Made by a program: the position numbers and the translations under genes. A stretch of DNA of 39,427 nt from Eubacteriales bacterium (GTDB taxonomy: Bacteria; Bacillota; Clostridia; Oscillospirales; CAG-272), in NCBI GenBank assembly GCA_045645605.1, contig JAZRJC010000086.1, forward strand, positions 1 to 39,427, in the 5' to 3' direction. Below, piece by piece: positions 9,730 through 17,873 of this stretch. The stretch's first letter is position 1, and every line of letters begins with the position of its first letter. Below the pieces are notes generated by a model, which saw nothing but the letters and a program-made list of their open reading frames with translations, was not told the DNA's origin and made no database searches.

Positions 9730-11053
9730 TTCAAGAAATAATTCAAAGAATAATTCAATAAATAAGAAAACCTCTATCAATAATAAAATCAAACCCGACA
9801 AAAACAAGGCTATATATTTTTTAGCCGTTTTTCTCTCTGTTTTTCTTTTAGTTCTCGGATATTTTTATATCTCGGGCAAGGGACGCTTCTACACCCCGCC
9901 AACCGAGGACTATCAAAGAGCTGTGGTCACTGAAATTATCGGCACAAAAGAGGTGCTTGACCCCGAGAGCGTCCCGACCTATGCCGATATTCACTTCCGT
10001 GCAGAAATCACGGCGGGAGAGAGGCAAGGCGAGGTTGTCGAATGTGCACAAAATATGGATTATTACGCACCCTTTAATCCTCGCGAGGTATCTGTCGGCG
10101 ATAAGGTAATCATCGGCATCTTCGGCGACGCCTCCGAGTGGAGCTTCGTCGAGTTCGTCCGTTCTGACGCAATAATCATTCTGTTGGCTCTTTTCGTCAT
10201 TCTTCTCCTGGTTTTCGGACGTCGGAAGGGAATAAAAACCGTTGTCACTCTGACTCTCACGCTTGCCGCGGTCTTTCTCATCTTCATTCCGGCAGTTATT
10301 CTCGGTGAAAATCTCTATCTTTATTCCGTCTTAATTTGCTTTTACATAACCGTTATGACATTAGTTATCGTCAACGGAATAAGCCCAATGAGTCTTGCCG
10401 CTATGATCGGCTGTATCGGCGGAGTTCTTGCCTCGGCGGCAATAACCTTTATAACCGATTTGTTTATAAAGCTATCCGGCTATATCGACGCTCATTCGGT
10501 ATATCTTCTTTACGTCGGCAACGGACTCGACCTTCGTGCACTTATCTTCGGCTCGATACTTATCGGCTGTGTGGGTGCCGTTATGGACGTTGCAGTCGAT
10601 ATCGCAGCCTCCCTCAAGGAGCTTTCGGTAAAGCTTGGCAGCCCCTCACGCAAAACCCTCTTCACTTCGGGAATCGCTATTGGCCGCGACGTTATAGGAA
10701 CAATGTCAAACACGCTCGTTCTTGCCTATATCGGCGGCTCTATTTGCTCTATTATCCTATCGATTTACAATTACGGTGCGTCCCCCGTATATCTTTTCAA
10801 TATGGAGCCTATAATAGTTGAGCTTCTTAAAATACTCGTCGGAAGCATGGGAATTTTGCTGACTCTGCCTCTGACGGCACTCGTGTCGGCGTATATTTAC
10901 ACCATTCCGAGAATGCGTGACCGTCTTGCAAGCGAGCATCGTGCCGAAGAGGGACAAAAAGGATCGGTCATCGTCGCTGACGAATATGCCGATATGCTTG
11001 AGGAGGCAATCGACAGCGAACCTGATTGGAGCTTTAAGAATGAAAATGAATAA
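9722..11053 (+). CDS. YibE/F family membrane protein
   Basis: TM helix, OB-like extracytoplasmic domain, then a multi-TM region with GAVMDVAVDI and GRDVIGTMSNTLVLAY. Confidence 0.88.
   Translation: MNNSRNNSKNNSINKKTSINNKIKPDKNKAIYFLAVFLSVFLLVLGYFYISGKGRFYTPPTEDYQRAVVTEIIGTKEVLDPESVPTYADIHFRAEITAGERQGEVVECAQNMDYYAPFNPREVSVGDKVIIGIFGDASEWSFVEFVRSDAIIILLALFVILLLVFGRRKGIKTVVTLTLTLAAVFLIFIPAVILGENLYLYSVLICFYITVMTLVIVNGISPMSLAAMIGCIGGVLASAAITFITDLFIKLSGYIDAHSVYLLYVGNGLDLRALIFGSILIGCVGAVMDVAVDIAASLKELSVKLGSPSRKTLFTSGIAIGRDVIGTMSNTLVLAYIGGSICSIILSIYNYGASPVYLFNMEPIIVELLKILVGSMGILLTLPLTALVSAYIYTIPRMRDRLASEHRAEEGQKGSVIVADEYADMLEEAIDSEPDWSFKNENE
9725..9760 (+). repeat. 3 x 12-bp imperfect tandem repeat AATAATTCAAnn (encodes NNSR-NNSK-NNSI)
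   Basis: AATAATTCAAGA AATAATTCAAAG AATAATTCAATA read directly. Confidence 0.8.
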
Positions 11054-11930
11054 ATGCACTCTTTGCCCAAGAGAATGTAATGTTGACAGGGAAATCTCTA
11101 AAGGATACTGCGGAATGTCTTCTACCACAAGGATTGCAGGAGCTTCTCTTCATATATGGGAGGAGCCGCCGATCTCGGGCAAGCGCGGCTCGGGTGCGAT
11201 TTTCTTTTGCGGCTGCTCGCTCGGCTGTGTTTTTTGTCAGAACAAGGATATCAGTCGAGGCGGACGTAATATCGGACGTGATATTTCCGACAAAGAATTG
11301 ATATCTCTTATCTACCGACTGGCAGAGGAGGGCGCGCATAATATCAATTTCGTTACGCCGACTCATTTTTCCGACACGCTTACCAGAATTCTGCCCGAGC
11401 TCAGAAAAAGCATTTCAATTCCGATTGTTTACAACTGCGGAGGATATGAAAAGGTTGAAGCTCTCCAAAGGCTTGACGGCCTCGTTGACGTTTATCTTCC
11501 CGATTTCAAGTATTTTTCAGACGAGCTTGCGGGAAAATATTCGGCAGCTCCGAATTACCGCGAGACAGCGGTTGCGACGATAAAGGAAATGTTCCGTCAG
11601 GTCGGGAAGGCAGTTTTTTCGAACGGGCTTATGAAAAAGGGAATGATAATTCGTCATCTGGTGCTTCCCGGCTGCCGACACGACTCAGCGGCTGTGCTTC
11701 GCTTAATTGCCGACACCCTGCCTGTCGAGGACATAAAAATCAGCATTATGCGGCAATATACTCCCGAATTTGCACCGACGGGAATTGACAGCCTTTCAAG
11801 AAGAGTCACAAGCTTTGAATATGATTTTGTGCTGTCCGAGGCAGAAAAATACGGCTTTGACGGATATTATCAGGATAAGTCGTCTGCAACAAGCGTCTAT
11901 ACTCCCGATTTTTGTAAAATGCCTTTTTGA
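11046..11930 (+). CDS. PflX-like radical SAM protein
   Basis: N-terminal CTLCPREC..GYC, HIWEEPPISG, CxxxCxxC (CSLGCVFC), NFVTPTH, YLPDFKY, IIRHLVLPG. ATG at 11046 overlaps the upstream stop. Confidence 0.88.
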   Translation: MNKCTLCPRECNVDREISKGYCGMSSTTRIAGASLHIWEEPPISGKRGSGAIFFCGCSLGCVFCQNKDISRGGRNIGRDISDKELISLIYRLAEEGAHNINFVTPTHFSDTLTRILPELRKSISIPIVYNCGGYEKVEALQRLDGLVDVYLPDFKYFSDELAGKYSAAPNYRETAVATIKEMFRQVGKAVFSNGLMKKGMIIRHLVLPGCRHDSAAVLRLIADTLPVEDIKISIMRQYTPEFAPTGIDSLSRRVTSFEYDFVLSEAEKYGFDGYYQDKSSATSVYTPDFCKMPF

Positions 11931-11946
11931 TTTTTTATTTTAATTT

Positions 11947-11975
11947 GCATAAAAACCGATTTTCGAGAAAAACTA
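11947..11975 (+). promoter_or_regulatory. Putative forespore sigma-G-type promoter
   Basis: GCATA-N17-AAAACTA upstream of a DUF378/YuzA-like gene. Confidence 0.5.
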
Positions 11976-12080
11976 TTGGTGTGGAAAAAACAAATAAATT
12001 TTACCGAATTTATATTGAGTCGCTTCGCGACGCAAAAACAAAATTCTATTTGAGCCGCTATGTGCGGCACGGAGGTTTTT

Positions 12081-12296
12081 ATGTTAATGGATAAAATAAG
12101 CTTGGCACTTGCGATTATCGGTGCTCTTAACTGGGGCAGTATCGGAATTTTCAAATTTGACCTTGTTGCGTGGATTTGCGGCGGACAAGGCTCGCTTTGG
12201 GCAAGAATTATTTATACCATCGTCGGTCTTGCGGGAATTTGGTGCATTTCGCTTCTTTTCCGCGACACAGATGAAATTTCGTCCGATAATATGTAA
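12081..12296 (+). CDS. DUF378 (YuzA-like) small membrane protein
   Basis: IIGALNWGSIGIFKFDLV...RIIYTIVGLAG signature, RBS GGAGG. Confidence 0.9.
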   Translation: MLMDKISLALAIIGALNWGSIGIFKFDLVAWICGGQGSLWARIIYTIVGLAGIWCISLLFRDTDEISSDNM

Positions 12297-12466
12297 CGCG
12301 CAAAAAGTACGGGCTGTCGGCGGTTGAAAAAATACCCTCGACGCCCGTTTTACATATTCGTATAGAAAAATCAGACTGATGCGCTGTGGAAAACGCATGA
12401 AAACGGCAAAAATGCGGCTTGACAGCAACTTTTTTATAATTTTTGAAAAATTTTTATAAAAAAGTC

Positions 12467-12495
12467 TTGATTTTTTCAAAAGTATGTGGTATAAT
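12467..12495 (+). promoter_or_regulatory. sigma-A promoter for tRNA-Glu
   Basis: TTGATT-N17-TATAAT with an extended -10 TG and an A/T-rich upstream region. Confidence 0.7.
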
Positions 12496-12512
12496 ACATC
12501 CGTTGTGGTGAT

Positions 12513-12587
12513 GGCCCGTTGGTCAAGCGGTTAAGACACTAGCCTCTCACGCTGGGAACATGGGTTCGATTCCCGTACGGGTCACCA
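12513..12587 (+). tRNA. tRNA-Glu(CTC)
   Basis: GGCCCGT...ACGGGTC-ACCA, anticodon arm CTAGC-CTCTCAC-GCTGG, T-loop GTTCGAT. Confidence 0.96.
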
Positions 12588-12625
12588 AAAAACCTAAACC
12601 GATTTTATTCGGTTTAGGTTTTTTT
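12588..12625 (+). terminator. Intrinsic terminator after tRNA-Glu
   Basis: AAAAACCTAAACCGA-TTTTAT-TCGGTTTAGGTTTTTTT. Confidence 0.85.
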
Positions 12626-12679
12626 AATAAATACTTTAACACAAAATAAAATATATAATAAATTCAAAACGAGGTTGTT

Positions 12680-12850
12680 ATGGCTACAAAAAGTTTATCA
12701 ATAAGAATTGAAGAAACGACGTTAGACAAATTACACGTAATTGCAGATTACGAGGGAAGAAGTGCCAACAGTCAGATACTTGTGCTTATCCGTGATCTTA
12801 TCGAATCATTCGAACAAAAGCACGGAGAAATAAAAACAGGAAAAAGATAA
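12680..12850 (+). CDS. Arc-like ribbon-helix-helix DNA-binding protein (56 aa, not in the ORF track)
   Basis: Translated by hand: MATKSLSIRIEETTLDKLHVIADYEGRSANSQILVLIRDLIESFEQKHGEIKTGKR. Beta strand SLSIRI, helix, GRSANSQ turn. RBS GAGG. Confidence 0.88.
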   Translation: MATKSLSIRIEETTLDKLHVIADYEGRSANSQILVLIRDLIESFEQKHGEIKTGKR

Positions 12851-12863
12851 CTAATTTGCAAAC

Positions 12864-12897
12864 AAATAACCCACCGTATAAACGGTGGGTTATTTTT
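12864..12897. terminator. Bidirectional intrinsic terminator between convergent genes
   Basis: AAATAACCCACCGT-ATAA-ACGGTGGGTTATTTTT. Confidence 0.85.
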
Positions 12898-12908
12898 CTT
12901 TTATATTC

Positions 12909-15527
12909 TCATATCGAATAATCTGAAAGATTGTTAATCTCGGAGATCTGCTCCTCGATCTCGCGCTTGACCGTAAGCACCTCGTCATAGAAGGCTTTGG
13001 CGGAAAGCCTTGTTGCTCCGTGTCCAAGAACTATTATCTGCTCAAGGCTATCGGACGTCGCAACCCGCACTCTGTATTTTTTGCCCATCTCGTACGTTAC
13101 GCGCTCAATATAAGCGTCGGCAGCCTCGGCCTCCTTTGTGTAAACCACGTGAATGCCGCCAACCTTTTCAACAGAGCCGCGTCCGCCTGCGACCTTATAC
13201 GCGTCAAAAACGAGTATCAGTCCGCATTGGCGGTAGCCTTGATAATTACAAAGCATATTGCAAAGCAGCTGTCTTGCAAGTCCCAGATTGTCCTTTGCAA
13301 CCGACGCAAGCTCCTCCCAGGCGAAAATTATATTGTATCCGTCAACGAGAAGATATTCGGGAAGGGTAACGGGATCTTTTCGGGGTCTTGTCTTTTCTTT
13401 TTTCTCACCACAAACAACCTTTTTGCCCTCGGGGGGATTTTTCCGCTTTCTTATAGGCCCATAGGTCTGCTCAAAAATTCCGATAAGCTCGTTATCAAGA
13501 ATTACCGCGTCCTCATAGGAAAGCCGTTTCTTTCTCGGCTCGGGTGCGCCTGCCGACGCGTCAGCACCCTCTCCCTCGTCATCGGTTTCACTCTTTATAC
13601 CACTCTCAAGATGCATATAGTGTGGCACGTCCTGCCATTTGACGATAAAGCCTGCCCCGTTTGCACAGAACACCGAGTCTGCCGTGTTTTCAACGTCCGT
13701 CTCGGGGTCGTAAGACGCCGCCTCACGAACCTCGTCCTCATTGTGACACCTCTTATAGCCGCCGAATTTGACGGTCAGCCGTCCCTTGCCCTTTGTATAG
13801 GAGCTGACCTCTGCCGCATATCTTCTCATCTCGCATACGGGAGCCTCCCCCGAGAGAATTGCACGCTCGCCGTCATTTTCAATCTCAAAATTACCGCCCA
13901 TCTGCGAAATATCCGTCATCGCACGGCCGATATTCTCGGACGGTATCTCAAGACGGAACGCATAATAGGGCTCAAGTATCGCACTCCTTGCCTGCATAAG
14001 CCCCTGACGGACTGCTCTGTAGGTCGCCTGTCGGAAATCTCCGCCCTCGGTGTGCTTTATATGTGCTCTGCCCGATATTATCGTAATCTTCATATCCGTT
14101 ATCGGCGAGCCTGTAAGAACTCCAAGATGCACCTTTTCGGAAAGGTGCGTCATAATAAGCCTTTGCCAATTTCGGTCAAGCGTATTTTCACTGCAGATGC
14201 TGTCAAAATAAAGTCCGCTGCCTACCTCTCCCGGCTCAAGCAGCAAATGCACCTCTGCATAGTGTCGAAGCGGCTCAAAATGTCCGACGCCTTCAACTGT
14301 ATCAAGTATCGTTTCACGGTAAACCACTCTTCCAGAGTCAAACTCCGCACAGATTCCGTACCTTTCGCTAAGCATTCGCCCGAGAATTTCAAGCTGAACC
14401 TCTCCCATAATGCTTACGTAAATTTCACGAAGCCTTCCGTCAAAGGAAACCTGAAGCTGCGGGTCCTCGTCCTCAAGAAGCTTGACCTTCGTATAGACCT
14501 CGCTTATGTTAACGTCGGGCGGGAGCTTCATTCTGTAGGTAAGGACGGGCTGAAGCGTTGGGGGAGTGCTGTCACTCTCACAGCCGAGTCCCTCTCCGGG
14601 ATAGCTTCTCTCAAGTCCCGTAAGCGTGCAGACCTCACCTGCCGAAACAGACTCGACCGCCTTATATTTGTTACCCGAATAGATTCGTATCTGGTCTATT
14701 TTTTCCTCTTCACCGTCGATATGGCGGATAATCTCCTTGGTTTTGAGCCCTCCGCCCGTGATTTTTATATGAGTAAGCCTTGTTCCCTGCGGGTCTCGGT
14801 TGATTTTATAGACTCTTGCACCAAATTTATTATGATATTTCCTCTCTCTGACAAGAGAGGCAATCTGACCGATAAATTTGTCGATTCCCGAAAGCTTCAG
14901 CGCCGAACCGAAGAATACGGGAAAGATTTTTCGCTCGCCGATAGCACGGACAAGCGCTCTCTGCCGATTCTCTCCGCAAAATTCTCCCGACATATAAGCC
15001 TCAAGAATCTCCTCGTCACGAAGAGCGGCCTCCTCTGTGACCGCGTTGCTATGTGGGTCGGAAAAGTCAATACACCCCTCGCCAAGCTCCTTCTTAAGCG
15101 TCCTCATAATATAATCCTTGTCGAAGCCGCCAAGGTCTGTTTTATTGACGAATATAAAGGTTGGGATTCTGTGATTTCTCAAAAGGCCGTGAAGCGTGAC
15201 GGTATGCGCCTCGGGGCCGTCTGTTCCGCTTATAACTAAAATTGCATAGTCAAGCACCGAGAGAGCCCTCTCTGTTTCTCCTGAAAAATCAACGTGACCG
15301 GGAGTATCGACAAGGGTAAATTCCACGTCACAGCAGATGAAGGACGCTTGCTTTGAGAAAATGGTGATTCCTCTGTCCTTTTCCATTATATCGGTGTCAA
15401 GAAAGGCGTCTCCGTGGTCAACCCGCCCATATCGTCTGACTGCTCCGCAGGTATATAAAAGTGCCTCCGAGAGCGTTGTCTTGCCTGCATCGACATGGGC
15501 TAAAATGCCAACTGTAATTTTCTTCAT
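12909..15527 (-). CDS. EF-G/TetM-like translational GTPase fused to a C-terminal Rae1/YacP-like NYN ribonuclease domain
   Basis: G1 AHVDAGKT, G2 RGITI, G3 DTPGH, G4 NKTD, EF-G-like domains II-V. The last ~150 aa carry LLVDGYN, VFDAY, ADAYIE and VATSD. Confidence 0.9.
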   Translation of the reverse strand: MKKITVGILAHVDAGKTTLSEALLYTCGAVRRYGRVDHGDAFLDTDIMEKDRGITIFSKQASFICCDVEFTLVDTPGHVDFSGETERALSVLDYAILVISGTDGPEAHTVTLHGLLRNHRIPTFIFVNKTDLGGFDKDYIMRTLKKELGEGCIDFSDPHSNAVTEEAALRDEEILEAYMSGEFCGENRQRALVRAIGERKIFPVFFGSALKLSGIDKFIGQIASLVRERKYHNKFGARVYKINRDPQGTRLTHIKITGGGLKTKEIIRHIDGEEEKIDQIRIYSGNKYKAVESVSAGEVCTLTGLERSYPGEGLGCESDSTPPTLQPVLTYRMKLPPDVNISEVYTKVKLLEDEDPQLQVSFDGRLREIYVSIMGEVQLEILGRMLSERYGICAEFDSGRVVYRETILDTVEGVGHFEPLRHYAEVHLLLEPGEVGSGLYFDSICSENTLDRNWQRLIMTHLSEKVHLGVLTGSPITDMKITIISGRAHIKHTEGGDFRQATYRAVRQGLMQARSAILEPYYAFRLEIPSENIGRAMTDISQMGGNFEIENDGERAILSGEAPVCEMRRYAAEVSSYTKGKGRLTVKFGGYKRCHNEDEVREAASYDPETDVENTADSVFCANGAGFIVKWQDVPHYMHLESGIKSETDDEGEGADASAGAPEPRKKRLSYEDAVILDNELIGIFEQTYGPIRKRKNPPEGKKVVCGEKKEKTRPRKDPVTLPEYLLVDGYNIIFAWEELASVAKDNLGLARQLLCNMLCNYQGYRQCGLILVFDAYKVAGGRGSVEKVGGIHVVYTKEAEAADAYIERVTYEMGKKYRVRVATSDSLEQIIVLGHGATRLSAKAFYDEVLTVKREIEEQISEINNLSDYSI

Positions 15528-15530
15528 AAA

Positions 15531-17489
15531 TTATTTTCCGTCACCGAAGAATATTTTCGCCATATCAGATGCCGAGAGCGTAAGGCTATCGCTCATAAAT
15601 TCGGCACCGCCCGAAAGCCAGGAAAGACGCGACATACCGTTCCAGGTCATAAAATAGCTGACTCTCTTGCCGCTATCAACCAAATCGTAAAGAGAATCGA
15701 GGATATCCTTGCCCGAATAAAGCTTTGCCTGCTCGTCCTTTGACGCGGCCAAAAGCTCACTCAAAACCGCATATTCGGAAATCGCGATGGGCTTACCTAT
15801 GGAAGCCAGCTCGCCTATCTCCTTGCCCGAGGACAAGAGGGCCTTTTTGTTTTGCGCATCAATATCCACGCCGAGAATATCAACGTATTCGTCGCCGGGA
15901 TATGCGTAAAGAGGCGAAAGCGCCGCATCTGACAAGGCGCTATATACCCAGACCATATCAGAAACACCGCGAGAGGCAAAAAATTCGTAAGTATAAACCC
16001 AAAGCTCACGAAGAAGCCCGGCGTCAATAATATCCTCTCCCTGACGCGCGCTGAACCAGAAGCCCTCGCCGTTCATTTCGTGATAAGGACGGTACAGAAC
16101 GGGAATCCCGTTATCAGAAAGTGCTTTCAAAAATTCAGCCTCAAGCGTGAGAGACGCAACAAAATTATCGTGTGCAAAATTGCCCTCTGTCAGAATCTTC
16201 CGCATTCCGTCATCGCCGCCAATATATCCTCGGCAACGACCCTCCTCCGTCCAATTCTCTGTCGGATTCTCGGAATGTGAGCAGATAGCTATAATTCCGC
16301 CCGTTGCCGCATAGTCGTAAAGCTCGCAGATAGCCTGACTCCTCTCGGCTCCGCCAAGACGCGAAAGATAAAGCCCGTATTCGCCCAAATCAACGCCGAG
16401 CATCGCAGGATATTCGCCCGTTGCCCTCTTGAATTCCTCAAGAGCGTATTTCGGCATCGCCTGTGAGCCGCCAAGCTGCTCGCCTATAATTATTTTGTCT
16501 TTATCCTCATAAACGTCGGTAATAGCCTCGCGAAGCTGCTCCCTCGTGTATATACGAGCACCCTCCACCGAAAGATCAACGCAATCGGCAAATCTTATAT
16601 CGTACGAGCCCCCCGACGGCTTCATTTTTTTGAAAAAGTCGCCCAAAAAATACTCAAGGGCCGTATCAAAGGTTTTATAGCTTCCGTAAACTGTCAGATT
16701 TCCCTTCGCGTCAAGCCTTGTGCCGTAGTGGTTTACCAGAGTATGCGAATTGTCGAAAATAATATATTTTCCGGTATCGCCAAGCTCCTCGGCAATACCG
16801 AGGCTCGTTCCGATTACCTTTTCAAGAATTTCGTCGCTTATACATCCGAGGTCAATCTCCTCGTCGGTCGAATAGAGCTTATATTTTGAAATGTCAACTC
16901 CCGAGATTGAAAGGCTCTCAAAAAGATGCTCGCGAATAAAGAGATATCCGTCACCCTTTGGATATTTAGCGACTGCATTCAGGGCGTCAAGGAAGTTTTC
17001 GGTATAAAATTCAACTGCCGCCGCCGTTGCTCGCTCACTGCCCCCGACGATAACTAACTTCTTGCCAACCATTTTGATTATGAAGTCCTCAACGCCAAGC
17101 CCCTTGGAGCAATCAATACTTTCCTCGCGTTCGCTGACACCAACGAGAATTTCCTTATCCTGTATCTCTCGTCCCGTCTCGCCCTGCCAATCGGTTCCGA
17201 GAGCAAGATCTATGCCGGTTGCTTTTTTGATAGCATCTCGCAGAGAGGTGGCCGTCTGCTTTTCCTCCTTCGTTCCCGTGTCGCTTCTGATAATGCAGTA
17301 TTCCGATAGGTTTTCGAGATATTCAAGCTCAACAGCCCCTCGAGAGTCCTCAAGTACCCCTCCGTCATTCTCTCCCGAAAAATCAAATCTGTTATTGTTC
17401 TGCTTCAGATTTGAGCAGGATATGACAGAAAAGGAAAGCAGGAGAATTATTCCCGCCGCAAAAAGTCTATTTATAATTTTATTACTCAT
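15531..17489 (-). CDS. Lipoprotein with a C-terminal glycoside hydrolase family 26 (beta-mannanase-like) domain
   Basis: Lipobox VISC. GH26 motifs RPYHEMNG..FWF, WVYS, YPGDEYVDILGVD, AISEY. ATG at 17489 after AGGAAAGG. Confidence 0.82.
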   Translation of the reverse strand: MSNKIINRLFAAGIILLLSFSVISCSNLKQNNNRFDFSGENDGGVLEDSRGAVELEYLENLSEYCIIRSDTGTKEEKQTATSLRDAIKKATGIDLALGTDWQGETGREIQDKEILVGVSEREESIDCSKGLGVEDFIIKMVGKKLVIVGGSERATAAAVEFYTENFLDALNAVAKYPKGDGYLFIREHLFESLSISGVDISKYKLYSTDEEIDLGCISDEILEKVIGTSLGIAEELGDTGKYIIFDNSHTLVNHYGTRLDAKGNLTVYGSYKTFDTALEYFLGDFFKKMKPSGGSYDIRFADCVDLSVEGARIYTREQLREAITDVYEDKDKIIIGEQLGGSQAMPKYALEEFKRATGEYPAMLGVDLGEYGLYLSRLGGAERSQAICELYDYAATGGIIAICSHSENPTENWTEEGRCRGYIGGDDGMRKILTEGNFAHDNFVASLTLEAEFLKALSDNGIPVLYRPYHEMNGEGFWFSARQGEDIIDAGLLRELWVYTYEFFASRGVSDMVWVYSALSDAALSPLYAYPGDEYVDILGVDIDAQNKKALLSSGKEIGELASIGKPIAISEYAVLSELLAASKDEQAKLYSGKDILDSLYDLVDSGKRVSYFMTWNGMSRLSWLSGGAEFMSDSLTLSASDMAKIFFGDGK

Positions 17490-17521
17490 TAATATAAAAT
17501 CCTTTCCTCGTTTCTGCCTAT

Positions 17522-17550
17522 ATGGTATCATAAAAAAGACTCGATGTCAA
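17522..17550 (-). promoter_or_regulatory. sigma-A promoter for the GH26-GTPase operon
   Basis: Minus strand TTGACA-N17-TACCAT with extended TG. Confidence 0.6.
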
Positions 17551-17575
17551 CCGAAATCAAAGAAATACGAAAAAT

Positions 17576-17652
17576 AAAAAAGCTGATTGCTCAGCTTTTC
17601 TTTGTGTGATTATTTTTTATATGACAGAAAGGGGCATATCTCTATGCCCTTT
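17576..17652 (-). terminator. Two tandem terminator-like hairpins downstream of the 38-aa gene
   Basis: On the + strand: AAAAAAGCTGA-TTGC-TCAGCTTTT (17576-17599) and GAAAGGGGCATA-TCTC-TATGCCCTTT (17627-17652). Confidence 0.7.
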
Positions 17653-17687
17653 GAATTTTCACATATTTTATTCAAACGTCTCGGAAA

Positions 17688-17804
17688 TCAAGCAAACAAG
17701 AGATCCCCTGCGTCAACTTCCATATCAGATCCTATACTCGCGCCGTCTGTATTGCCGAGATCGAGAGCAATAACTTGTGCCAACGGTGAAATATACTCCT
17801 TCAT
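17688..17804 (-). CDS. 38-aa peptide with YxxP leader, lasso/RiPP precursor-like
   Basis: MKEYISPLAQVIALDLGNTDGASIGSDMEVDAGDLLFA. RBS GAAGGAGG 5 nt before the ATG, with its own promoter and terminators. Confidence 0.75.
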   Translation of the reverse strand: MKEYISPLAQVIALDLGNTDGASIGSDMEVDAGDLLFA

Positions 17805-17844
17805 AACAACCTCCTTCGGGGGGACTAAACATACTTTCATCGTA

Positions 17845-17873
17845 ATTATATCGTCTTTTCTTCCTTTTGTCAA
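17845..17873 (-). promoter_or_regulatory. Perfect sigma-A promoter for the 38-aa gene
   Basis: Minus strand TTGACA-AAAGGAAGAAAAGACGA(17)-TATAAT. Confidence 0.85.

Noticed and set aside
13020-15239. 739-aa antisense ORF inside the GTPase-NYN gene
   Set aside because: It is in exact codon register with the real gene, so stops arise only from sense TTA, CTA or TCA codons, which this genome appears to use rarely. It has no RBS and no recognisable motifs. The same explanation covers the many other antisense ORFs in the track (e.g. 8914-9807, 29955-30710).
12909-15527. Calling this a tetracycline-resistance gene (tetM/tetW/tetO)
   Set aside because: It lacks the YSPVST domain IV loop, carries a C-terminal nuclease extension, and has no leader peptide or mobile-element context.
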